NCBI GenBank assembly: GCA_963668645.2
Contig: CAXXWC010000018.1
Span: 448,001 to 512,000, forward strand
DNA length: 64,000 bases
Direction of reading: 5' to 3'
DNA from: Desulfobacterales bacterium
Lineage (GTDB): Bacteria; Desulfobacterota; Desulfobacteria; Desulfobacterales; UBA2174
In this document: piece after piece, positions 55,804 through 64,000 of the stretch
How the letters are laid out: each line of letters opens with the position of its first letter
Position numbering within the stretch: the first letter of the stretch is position 1
Position numbers and translations under genes: made by a program
Notes under the pieces: generated by a model
What the model saw: the letters and a program-made list of their open reading frames with translations, nothing else
Database searches by the model: none
Told to the model about the DNA's origin: nothing

Positions 55804-55850
55804 CAGACGTTATACCGTTCAATCCAGTTCGAAAAATGAAAGGAACACCG

Positions 55851-56645
55851 ATGGGAGGCTTTCGTTCCCTGAAAAAGCCCTTGCTTTCCCAGGAGGTCGA
55901 GAAGGCCATCAAACGGTCGATTCACGACGAAGTCTTCAAGCCGGGGGAAAAAATCCCCTCCGAGCGCGAATTGGTCGAACAGTTCCAGGTCAGCCGGGTG
56001 ACGATCCGTGAGGCCTTGCGCAACCTTCAGCGCAGCGGCCTGATCACGATCCGGCGCGGAGTCCGGGCCGGCGCATACGTTTCCGAGCTTACCTCAGATC
56101 CCATCACCGAGAATTTCCAGAATCTGATCCGTTTGGGGCGTATCGACTATTCGCATCTTATCGACGCGCGGCTTTACATCGAGCCGCGCGCCGCCGGAAT
56201 GGCCGCCAGGTATCGCAGCGATAAGGATGTGCGGCAACTCAAGAACCTTCTCGATCAGGCCGAGGCCCTCTCCGATAAGGATCGTAAACGCTCGCGCATA
56301 ACCAATGTCTCATTTCACTGCGAAGTGGCACGCATCACCAAGAATCCGATCATCGTCTTCATCACCGAGTCCATCACCCAGTCCTATTCGGCCATGATCA
56401 TCGAGACGACAAGCGACCAGCTCAATCGAGAGGATGTTCAGAAATTTATCCATGAGCATCAAGATATCCTGGATGCCATCATCAAGCAAAAGAGCGGAGA
56501 GGCATACGAAAAAACCCGCCGCCATCTGATCGAGACCTACCTGACCTACTCGAGAGTCGCCGGTGCAGGGCTCGAGAACAATATCGACCGTCGAATTCGA
56601 CAAGACTGCGAAATTTATTCGCATCTGGGCGGTCGGCCACTGTAA
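55851..56645 (+). CDS. FadR/GntR family regulator
   Basis: PGEKIPSEREL..QFQVSRVTIREAL; FCD domain with FH..A...NP and EH..I. Confidence 0.94.
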   Translation: MGGFRSLKKPLLSQEVEKAIKRSIHDEVFKPGEKIPSERELVEQFQVSRVTIREALRNLQRSGLITIRRGVRAGAYVSELTSDPITENFQNLIRLGRIDYSHLIDARLYIEPRAAGMAARYRSDKDVRQLKNLLDQAEALSDKDRKRSRITNVSFHCEVARITKNPIIVFITESITQSYSAMIIETTSDQLNREDVQKFIHEHQDILDAIIKQKSGEAYEKTRRHLIETYLTYSRVAGAGLENNIDRRIRQDCEIYSHLGGRPL

Positions 56646-56665
56646 AAACCCAAAAGGGGGGGATT

Positions 56666-57085
56666 ATGCACATGCGAAGATGTCGATGGGTGTTGGGGCT
56701 GTTTGCAATGATCATGGTGGCAGGGTTGATCGGCGGATGTGCCACCGGCGGTAAACAGGCCGCCGATGCCGGTATTGCGCCCAACATCACCTATCAGGTG
56801 CCCCCGTCGGCCCAGCTGGCCAAGGTGGCTTATTTCCTCAAAGATTACAAAGGCGCAGAACGACTGCACATCGAACTGACCGTCAAAAACCTGGCCGATG
56901 TGGATAAGCGCTTCCGGGTTCACATTTTCCTGCCGGAAGGACCTGCAGGCGGCGGGTTCTACCCGAGGAAGGTCAAGGGCGACGTCAAGGGCATCAAACC
57001 CGGCGAGGAACTGACCCAGACCTTTCCCATGTACTACGACAAAATGCCCAGCGGCTTTAGCATCGTTGTCAAGGAACTCGGCTGA
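56666..57085 (+). CDS. Putative lipoprotein of unknown function
   Basis: Signal peptide with IGG-C lipobox-like site. Confidence 0.75.
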   Translation: MHMRRCRWVLGLFAMIMVAGLIGGCATGGKQAADAGIAPNITYQVPPSAQLAKVAYFLKDYKGAERLHIELTVKNLADVDKRFRVHIFLPEGPAGGGFYPRKVKGDVKGIKPGEELTQTFPMYYDKMPSGFSIVVKELG

Positions 57086-57107
57086 TTATGACAGAAAGGA
57101 GGCTCTC

Positions 57108-58094
57108 ATGAAAAAGCATGCGCACACTAAGGTCGGGTTGGGAATCCTTGCGGCGCTTTTGATTCTCGTATGTCCCCAGAACGTTCCGGCCATGGAATTT
57201 CTCTCTTTCGGTACCGGTAGTCCGGCAGGCACCTATTATTTCATCGGGGCTGGTTTCTCTTCGATTATCAACAACCACGTCCCCGGGGTGCGGGTGGCGG
57301 CTGAATCCACCGCCGCTTCCACCGAAAACGCCCGCCTGCTCATCCGTGGAGAGATGGAACTCGGGCTGGCCTGCATGGGAACGTTGAAGGACCTCAAAGA
57401 CGAGGGGATGGATGTGGATCAGGTCCGTCTCGTCGCGGTAGGCCACACCAGCGATACCCATTGGATCGTACGCAAGGATTCGCCCATTAAGTCGATGGCC
57501 GATTTCAAGGGGCGGGTAATCGGCGTCGGACCGGCTGGCAGTGCAACTTTGAATCTTTATTCAAAGAAGCACCTCACCACCGGCTGGGGGCTGACTTTCG
57601 ATGATTTTACGCCTAAGTACATCTCCTTTAGCGAAGTGACCCGCGGTATCCGAGACAATACCATCGATGCGGGGCTGATCGCCGCCGGGGCCCCCCTGGC
57701 TTCGGTCATGGAATTGGCCCGGGATATTCCCATCCGCCTGATAGAAGTCGAACCGGAAGTGCTTAAGAAGCTCAGAGCCGAATACAGCAACGTGGTTCCG
57801 CTGGTCATTCCGGCCGGGACTTACGACGGGATCGATAAGGACGTGCATACCTACACCCTGCCCCAGATGTGGATATGCCGTACCGATTTGCCGGAGGATC
57901 TCGTCTACCAGATCATCAAGGCGGTCTATGAAAACGAGGAAGAAAAGGACGCCATTCACCCCCTGGCCAAGATGTACACCCTTAAGAACGCCTTCCGGGG
58001 AACGCCCGGAGTTCCGGTGGGATTTCACCCGGGGGCGATCAGATTCTACAAGGAAAAGGGCGTCTGGGACAAGCGCGCCCAATACTATGAGTAA
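57108..58094 (+). CDS. TAXI family TRAP substrate-binding protein
   Basis: GTGSPAGTYY..G, ST.AS.EN, GPAGSAT, FHPGAIRFYKE. Confidence 0.93.
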   Translation: MKKHAHTKVGLGILAALLILVCPQNVPAMEFLSFGTGSPAGTYYFIGAGFSSIINNHVPGVRVAAESTAASTENARLLIRGEMELGLACMGTLKDLKDEGMDVDQVRLVAVGHTSDTHWIVRKDSPIKSMADFKGRVIGVGPAGSATLNLYSKKHLTTGWGLTFDDFTPKYISFSEVTRGIRDNTIDAGLIAAGAPLASVMELARDIPIRLIEVEPEVLKKLRAEYSNVVPLVIPAGTYDGIDKDVHTYTLPQMWICRTDLPEDLVYQIIKAVYENEEEKDAIHPLAKMYTLKNAFRGTPGVPVGFHPGAIRFYKEKGVWDKRAQYYE

Positions 58095-58112
58095 TAACGG
58101 GTAGAGATGCAC

Positions 58113-58142
58113 CGGGTCCGGCCCCTGGCCGGACCCGTTTTT
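58113..58142 (+). terminator. Intrinsic terminator after the TAXI binding protein gene
   Basis: CGGGTCCGGCC-CCT-GGCCGGACCCG followed by TTTTT. Confidence 0.8.
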
Positions 58143-58295
58143 CAGGGACTTTCCGGCCCGGGCGTTTTCCCGAGTCCTGCAGCGCCTGGAGTTCGGATCG
58201 GATTTTCAGAGTCCCTTTTTTCGACGCACTGATTGCAAGATCATTGCGGGCAAGCTTAAAAGGCAAGTCGCTTATCGGTTGTTAAAGGAGAAAAC

Positions 58296-58306
58296 TGGTC
58301 TGACCA
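58296..58306. promoter_or_regulatory. FadR/LldR-type operator
   Basis: Perfect TGGTC-T-GACCA about 100 nt upstream of the permease. Confidence 0.65.
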
Positions 58307-58407
58307 TAGACCTCAAATTGTGTATCGACCTATTCGGGATCGTTTGACGCCTGAAATTTTTCAAACGGCCGTTCATTTGCGTCCATCGACGTTACCAGGG
58401 GATTGTT

Positions 58408-60306
58408 ATGGAGATTGTCAAAAAAACGGAAAAGCCTCCTGTTCCCATGCTCATTCGCATCATCGCGGTGGCCATGAGCCTCTTTCAGCTCTACACCGGG
58501 ATCTTCCAGCTCACGGCCATGAACCAGCGGGTCACCCACGTGACCTTCGCTCTGGTCTTGATCTTTCTTGCTTACGGTTTCGATCAGAAAAAAAAGACGC
58601 GCATCGCCTGGCACGGTTATCTGATGGCCTCCGTGGCCCTGGCAATGGGCATCTACGTGCTGACCACCTGGTTTACCAAGGTCGGCGCCTGCGGCATGCG
58701 TCCTCCCTGGCATGAACTGGCCCTGGGCACCGTTTTTTTGCTCTTTTGCATTGAGGCGGCCCGCCGTACCCTGGGCTGGATTTTTCCCATCATCGCCGTG
58801 GTGTCCATGATTTATGCCCGTTTCGGCGAGATCCTGCCCGGGATCCTGGCCCACCGCAACTACGCCTTCGAGCGTATCGTCGGCAACATGTTCATCACCA
58901 CCGACGGGGTCTTCGGCATGCTGGCGGGAATTTCGGCGACATACATCTTCCTGTTCATCCTTTTCGGGGCCATGCTCAGGGCCGCCGGCGGCGGAGAGTT
59001 CTTCATCAATCTTTCCTTCGCCCTTTTCGGCCATGTGCGCGGCGGTCCGGCCAAGATCGCCGTGGTGGCCTCTTCGCTTTTCGGGATGCTGTCGGGCAGC
59101 GGTACGGCCAACGTTGCCGGCACCGGGCAGATCACGATCCCCCTGATGAAGCGCAGCGGCTACAAGCCGCATTTCGCCGGCGCGGTGGAGACTGTCTCCA
59201 GTGCGGGCGGCCTTCTGATGCCGCCGATCATGGGCAGCGCGGTATTCATCATCATGGAGGTGCTGGGCGTCAATTACGTCACCATCATGAAGGCCGCCGG
59301 CCTGACAGCGGTATTGTATTACGTGGGGCTTTTTCTGATGATCGATATCGAGGCCCAGAAGATGGGGATGAAGGGCCTGCCCAAAGAGGAGCTGCCCAGC
59401 ATCAGGGATACCTTCAAGGAGGGCTGGTATTTCATTATTCCCATCTTCGTGTTGATTTTCTTTCTGGTCTACTCGAAGGTCTCGGTCACCCGGGCCGCCT
59501 TCTGGGCCACGGTCTCGATCCCGTTGTGCAGCCTGCTGGGCGGCAAGGCGCGGCGCATGACCTGGGCCAAGATCATTGAAGGGCTTGAGAGCGGAGCCCT
59601 GACGGCGCTGCCGGTGGTGGCGATCCTGTCTCTGGGTGGCGTGGTGCTGGGGATGATCACCCTGACCGGGTTAGGGTTGATGATGTCCGGTCTGCTGATC
59701 AAGATGAGCGGTGGCAACCTGCTGATCCTCCTGTTTTTGACCATGATCGCCTCGATCATTCTCGGCATGGGGGTCCCGCCGGTGGCCGCCTATATCGTGC
59801 TGGCCATCCTGGTGGTCCCGGCGCTGATCAAACTGGGGGTCTATCCCCTGGCCGCCCACCTTTTCGTTTTCTATTTTGCGACCATCGCCGGAATCACGCC
59901 GCCCATGGCCCCGGACGCCTTCGTGGCCGCCGGGATCGCCGAGGCGCCCATGATGCGCACGGCGTTTACCGCCTGCCGGCTGGCCATGGTGATCTTCATC
60001 ATTCCTTACATGTTCGTATACAACAACGCCCTTTTGCTCATCGGCAGTTTTGGCCAGATTTTGCAGGTTACCATCACGGCCTTTTTCGGGGTGACGGCCA
60101 TCGCCTGTGCGGCCCAGAATTACCTCGGCGGCCGGCTGCCGATATTGCTGCGGATTACACTTTTTCTCAGCGGCGGATGCCTGATCTACCCCGGACTGAA
60201 AACCGACTTGATCGGACTGGTGGTCCTGGCGGTGGTCTTTTCCGTTCGTGTGCCGGACACCCTGCGGCGCTACACCGTCGGACTGCTCGGCAGAGCCAAG
60301 GCCTAA
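58408..60306 (+). CDS. TRAP fused 4TM/12TM permease
   Basis: EAARR..G, GGPAKIAV, SGSGTANV, MPPIMGS, LGMGVP, ITPP. Confidence 0.93.
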   Translation: MEIVKKTEKPPVPMLIRIIAVAMSLFQLYTGIFQLTAMNQRVTHVTFALVLIFLAYGFDQKKKTRIAWHGYLMASVALAMGIYVLTTWFTKVGACGMRPPWHELALGTVFLLFCIEAARRTLGWIFPIIAVVSMIYARFGEILPGILAHRNYAFERIVGNMFITTDGVFGMLAGISATYIFLFILFGAMLRAAGGGEFFINLSFALFGHVRGGPAKIAVVASSLFGMLSGSGTANVAGTGQITIPLMKRSGYKPHFAGAVETVSSAGGLLMPPIMGSAVFIIMEVLGVNYVTIMKAAGLTAVLYYVGLFLMIDIEAQKMGMKGLPKEELPSIRDTFKEGWYFIIPIFVLIFFLVYSKVSVTRAAFWATVSIPLCSLLGGKARRMTWAKIIEGLESGALTALPVVAILSLGGVVLGMITLTGLGLMMSGLLIKMSGGNLLILLFLTMIASIILGMGVPPVAAYIVLAILVVPALIKLGVYPLAAHLFVFYFATIAGITPPMAPDAFVAAGIAEAPMMRTAFTACRLAMVIFIIPYMFVYNNALLLIGSFGQILQVTITAFFGVTAIACAAQNYLGGRLPILLRITLFLSGGCLIYPGLKTDLIGLVVLAVVFSVRVPDTLRRYTVGLLGRAKA

Positions 60307-60331
60307 CAGGGTGCTGTGAAAGGAGTTGCCA

Positions 60332-61144
60332 ATGAACGCTAAACCTATCGCCCGGATGACCTGGGAAGCTTTTCGCGACGCGGTGGACAACGATACGGTG
60401 GCGGTGATTCCCATGGGATCGGTGGAACTGGAAGGGTCCCACCTGCCCCTGGGGGTCGACACCATCGCCGTAGAGGCCCTGGCCCGGTCGCTGGTCGAAC
60501 TGCCCGGGGTGCTGGTCGGCCCCACCCTGCCGATCGGCTATTCCAAGTGGTTCATGCCGTTTCCCGGGACCATCACCCTGGAAACCGACACCCTCATCCG
60601 GGTCCTGCTCGAGTATGCCCGCAGCCTCATCGCCCACGGGATCCGGCGCCTGGTGTTTCTCAACGCCCACAAGGGCAACAACGCCTGTATCGAGTCGGCC
60701 GCCCGCACCCTCATCGCCGAAGACCGGGTCCAGGTGGCGATGCTCAGCGTCTGGAAACTGGCCCACGACCTGGCCGCGGTGGGGGAAAAGAGCGTCGCCG
60801 AGGGCCGTTTCACCCACGCCGGCGAGATCATGACCTCGGTGATGCTCGCCGCGGACCCCGACACGGTGGACAGGGCCAGGATGGCCCCCGGAACGGTCCG
60901 CTCGCCCGAGGGGTCGGCCTTCAGGGTCGTCAACTCACTGGGCGAGGCCGACTTCATGGGCTCGGTGCAGACGATTTACCAGGACATCCGACAGGTGACC
61001 GACAGCGGCATCCTGGGCGATCCCACGGCGGCCTCGGCCGAGAAGGGCGCGGCGATCCTTGAGACCATCGCCCGCTATGCCACGGCGTTCATCGCCGAGC
61101 TTCAAAAACTGCCCCTCGAACCAGCAGAACAGGAACGACCATGA
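60332..61144 (+). CDS. Creatininase family amidohydrolase
   Basis: P.GSVE..G.HLPLGVD, FPGTITL, NAHKGN, HAGEIMTS, GILGDP. Confidence 0.9.
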   Translation: MNAKPIARMTWEAFRDAVDNDTVAVIPMGSVELEGSHLPLGVDTIAVEALARSLVELPGVLVGPTLPIGYSKWFMPFPGTITLETDTLIRVLLEYARSLIAHGIRRLVFLNAHKGNNACIESAARTLIAEDRVQVAMLSVWKLAHDLAAVGEKSVAEGRFTHAGEIMTSVMLAADPDTVDRARMAPGTVRSPEGSAFRVVNSLGEADFMGSVQTIYQDIRQVTDSGILGDPTAASAEKGAAILETIARYATAFIAELQKLPLEPAEQERP

Positions 61145-62517
61145 CCAACAGCGACCCTCAACTCGAAACGCGATTGATCGATCATCTCTTTCGGGTCGGT
61201 TACGACGACCTGGACGAAAACACGGTGGCCTGCTGCAAGCGCCTGGTGATGGACACGCTGGCGGTGGCCTTTCCCGGCCGCACGGCCCCAGGCTGCCCGG
61301 AGGTGCGGGCCCTGGTGGAATCGTGGCCGAGTCCCAAAGGCGCATCGGTGCTTTTTTCGGGCGCCAAGGCAGCCCCGCCCATGGCGGCCCTGGCCAACAG
61401 CACCATGATGCACGCGCTGGACTTCGACGACACCCTGGACGCCTCGGCCCTGCATACCTTCGTCTCCGTGCTGCCGGCCTGCCTGGCGGCGGCCGAGGCG
61501 GTGGGCGGGGTGGACGGCAAGACCCTGATCACGGCCCTGGCCCTGGGAGTGGATGTGATCTGCCGCATCAGTCTGGGCATCCAGCGTCCCCTGTCCTGGA
61601 TCCGCACGGCCACCTGCGGCAGTTTCGGGGCCGCGGCGGCCGCAGCCAAGATTCTCGGCCTGGACCGCGAGCGGCTCTGGGATGCCCTGGGTATCGTCTA
61701 CGCCCAGACCTCGGGCAACGCCCAGGGGCTGATCGAGGGGCGCCTGGTCAAGCGGATGCAGCCGGCCTTTGCCGCCTCGGCCGGCGTGACGGCCGCTTTT
61801 TTGGCAGCCCGCGGGATCACCGGCAGCCGGGCCTTTTTGACCGGCAGTTACGGTTACTATCCGCTCTACGAACAGGGGGACCTCGACCCGGAGCCGGTCC
61901 TGGCCGATCTGGGCCGGCGCTATGCCGTCACCGATTTGAGTATCAAGCCGTATCCTTGCTGCCGCATGACCCACAGCGCCATCGACGCGGCCCTGGCAGT
62001 GCGTGAGGCGGCAGGGGAGGCCGCGAGTATCACGCGCATCGAGGTCCAGGCCTCCTCCATGGTCACCGAGATGGTGGGCAAGCCGTTCAAGATCGGCAAA
62101 AATCCCCAGGTCGACGCCCAGTTCAGCATTCCTTACACCGTCGCCTGCGCCCTGGTGCGCGGCGACGTTTTCCTCGGTGATTTCGAGCCTGAGGCCATCG
62201 GCGAGAAAGCGGTCCTCGATCTGGCCGCAAAGGTGCACGTCATCGAAGATCCGGACCTGGCGCCCAAGGATATCCTTCCGGCCAGGATTCGTGTTTACCG
62301 AGACGCAAAGGCGCCGGTGGAGACCCGAATCGACGCTCCGCTCGGCAACCCGCTGCGGCCCATGACGGATGATCAATGCCGCCGGAAGTTCGAGAAATGC
62401 CTCGATTATTCCGGCTATGCCATCGAGGCCGGCGGGCGGCAGGAACTCCTGGCCGCCATCACAACCCTGGAAACCCTGGCGGATGTCCGTTCGCTGCTGG
62501 CTTGGGTGGCGCAATGA
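61141..62517 (+). CDS. MmgE/PrpD family protein
   Basis: HALDFDD, KPYPCCRMTH, AQFSIPY, G.P..PM. Confidence 0.92.
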   Translation: MTNSDPQLETRLIDHLFRVGYDDLDENTVACCKRLVMDTLAVAFPGRTAPGCPEVRALVESWPSPKGASVLFSGAKAAPPMAALANSTMMHALDFDDTLDASALHTFVSVLPACLAAAEAVGGVDGKTLITALALGVDVICRISLGIQRPLSWIRTATCGSFGAAAAAAKILGLDRERLWDALGIVYAQTSGNAQGLIEGRLVKRMQPAFAASAGVTAAFLAARGITGSRAFLTGSYGYYPLYEQGDLDPEPVLADLGRRYAVTDLSIKPYPCCRMTHSAIDAALAVREAAGEAASITRIEVQASSMVTEMVGKPFKIGKNPQVDAQFSIPYTVACALVRGDVFLGDFEPEAIGEKAVLDLAAKVHVIEDPDLAPKDILPARIRVYRDAKAPVETRIDAPLGNPLRPMTDDQCRRKFEKCLDYSGYAIEAGGRQELLAAITTLETLADVRSLLAWVAQ

Positions 62518-63254
62518 AAGATCGCGCATCCCAGGACAGGCCTGCAGGGGGAGGATCGGTCAAGGCTCTTTTCGACGCCGGGGCACTGGATTACGACGCG
62601 GGGCGCCGCCGGGTGATTTTCTGTTTCGACGATTTTTACGGCACCCTGCTGGCGCTGGTCCCTTTCACGCCCGGCCAACCTTTTCGCTTCCTCGACCTGG
62701 GGGCCGGAACCGGGCTCGTGTCCGAGCTGATCCGGTCGCGCTTTCCCGGCGCCGAGGCCCATCTGCTAGACGTGTCGGAAAAAATGATGGAACAGGCCCG
62801 GCTGCGATTCGAGGGCCGGCAGGGAGTCCGTTTTTACGAGCGCGATTACGCTGCGGCCGATTTGCCCGGGACCTATCCGCTGGTGGTCTCGGCCATGTCA
62901 ATTCACCACCTTGGCGATGACGGCAAGCAGCGGTTGATGGGTAAGATTTTTGCCGCCCTGGAACCGGGCGGTGCATTCATCCACGCGGATCTTGCCCTGG
63001 GTGCCACGCCGGCGGTGGAACAAGGCTACCAGGACCACTGGCGGCGCCATCTGGCGGCCTGCGGGCTCGATCCGGCAGAGCTGGCGCGCATCGGCGAGCG
63101 GATGGCCTGCGACCGGCCGGCGTCTCTCGAAGATCAGCTCGGCTGGATGCGAGCCGCAGGGTTCGTGGATGTGGACTGTTTTTACAAGAACTTCAACTTT
63201 ACGGTTTACATGGGTAAAAAGCCGCCGACCGGCCATGAAGGCCGGCGGCCCTGA
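62514..63254 (+). CDS. Class I SAM-dependent methyltransferase
   Basis: LDLGAGTG, D.SEKM, SIHHL, L.PGG.F. Confidence 0.9.
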   Translation: MKDRASQDRPAGGGSVKALFDAGALDYDAGRRRVIFCFDDFYGTLLALVPFTPGQPFRFLDLGAGTGLVSELIRSRFPGAEAHLLDVSEKMMEQARLRFEGRQGVRFYERDYAAADLPGTYPLVVSAMSIHHLGDDGKQRLMGKIFAALEPGGAFIHADLALGATPAVEQGYQDHWRRHLAACGLDPAELARIGERMACDRPASLEDQLGWMRAAGFVDVDCFYKNFNFTVYMGKKPPTGHEGRRP

Positions 63255-63270
63255 AACAACCGGAGGCGCA

Positions 63271-64000
63271 ATGGAATACGACCTGAAACGACTGACCAAA
63301 GATCTTGCCGCCCTGGTCGGTAAGGAGAACGCGTTTACCGACCGGCCCACGGCCATGGCCTATGCCAAGGACACGATGCCCTGGGACGTGGAGGCGCATC
63401 ACGTGCCTTTCGCCGTGGTGCGCCCGGCCGACAGCCGGGAGGTTTCCGAGGTGCTCAAATACGCCAACGCGCGCGGCATCCCGGTGCACACCCACGGTTC
63501 GGGGACCTCGCTGGTGGGTCTCGGCCGGCCCAAGACCAATGCCATCGTGCTGGACACGGGCAGGATGCAGAAGCTGGAGATTTTCCCCGAGCGGGGCTAC
63601 TTCGAGGTGGAGCCGGGGATGCACATCGGCAAGCTGAGAAAGGCGCTGGCGCCGCACAAGGCGTTGCTGCCGATTTTTCCGGGCAGCGAGCCGATCGCCA
63701 CCATCGGCGGTTCGGTGGCGGTGAACACCAGTGCCCACGCGGTGGACGCCAGCCTCTGCAAACCTGGCGACTACGTTCTGGGCCTGGAGGTGGTGCTGGC
63801 CACCGGGGAGATACTCGAGACGGGCACCGAATCGACCCGCAAGCCGGCCGGCATCGAGGCGACCAAGTTTCTCGTCGGTTCCGAAGGGCTGCTGTGCGTG
63901 ATCACCAAGGTCCGCATGCGCCTGATCCCCAAGCCGCAGACGGCCAATATCGTTGCCTATTTTGCCAGTACCGAGGAAATCCTCGACACGGTGATGGCCA
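63271..64000 (+). CDS. FAD-binding oxidoreductase, GlcD/D-lactate dehydrogenase-like (runs off the window)
   Basis: Own translation from ATG after GGAGG: VVRP...EV, HGSGTSL.G, ATIGG, VLGLEVVLATGE, VGSEG.L.VITK. Confidence 0.88.
   Translation, partial: MEYDLKRLTKDLAALVGKENAFTDRPTAMAYAKDTMPWDVEAHHVPFAVVRPADSREVSEVLKYANARGIPVHTHGSGTSLVGLGRPKTNAIVLDTGRMQKLEIFPERGYFEVEPGMHIGKLRKALAPHKALLPIFPGSEPIATIGGSVAVNTSAHAVDASLCKPGDYVLGLEVVLATGEILETGTESTRKPAGIEATKFLVGSEGLLCVITKVRMRLIPKPQTANIVAYFASTEEILDTVMA

Overview
A 64-kb chromosomal segment of a GC-rich anaerobic bacterium; gene content suggests Desulfobacterota (inference). From left to right: (1) the 3' end of an IS transposase that truncates a TRAP dctP gene at the start of an AT-rich island (~594-5250) carrying TRAP dctQM, a corrinoid protein and an MtaA/UroD-family methyltransferase; (2) an ~18-kb metal cluster (6084-24040) with feoA-feoB, two DUF4198 proteins, a triple-FeoA protein, two P1B-type ATPases (one with FezB/ferrosome-type motifs), several small Gly-rich membrane proteins, a divergent YcgR/YcgQ-like permease pair and a DtxR/MntR regulator with candidate operators; an XRE-YaaW module sits inside it, and the feoA leader can fold into mutually exclusive terminator and antiterminator structures; (3) a nuclease-Rad3/DinG helicase, two FmdB zinc ribbons, a short MetE-like methionine synthase and a MoxR AAA-VWA pair; (4) a 1509-aa GlmS-like protein that looks like a fused pseudo-dimer; (5) a quaternary-amine catabolic operon (SoxBDAG-like, methyl-THF methyltransferase, non-pyrrolysine MttB, corrinoid protein, osmoprotectant ABC transporter, GFA, PrpD) with a divergent RpiR regulator; (6) a doubly frameshifted glycosyltransferase and several single genes; (7) a FadR-associated TAXI-TRAP catabolic operon that runs off the right edge. 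I found no rRNA, tRNA or CRISPR array. All family calls are from recognised motifs; no database searches were run.
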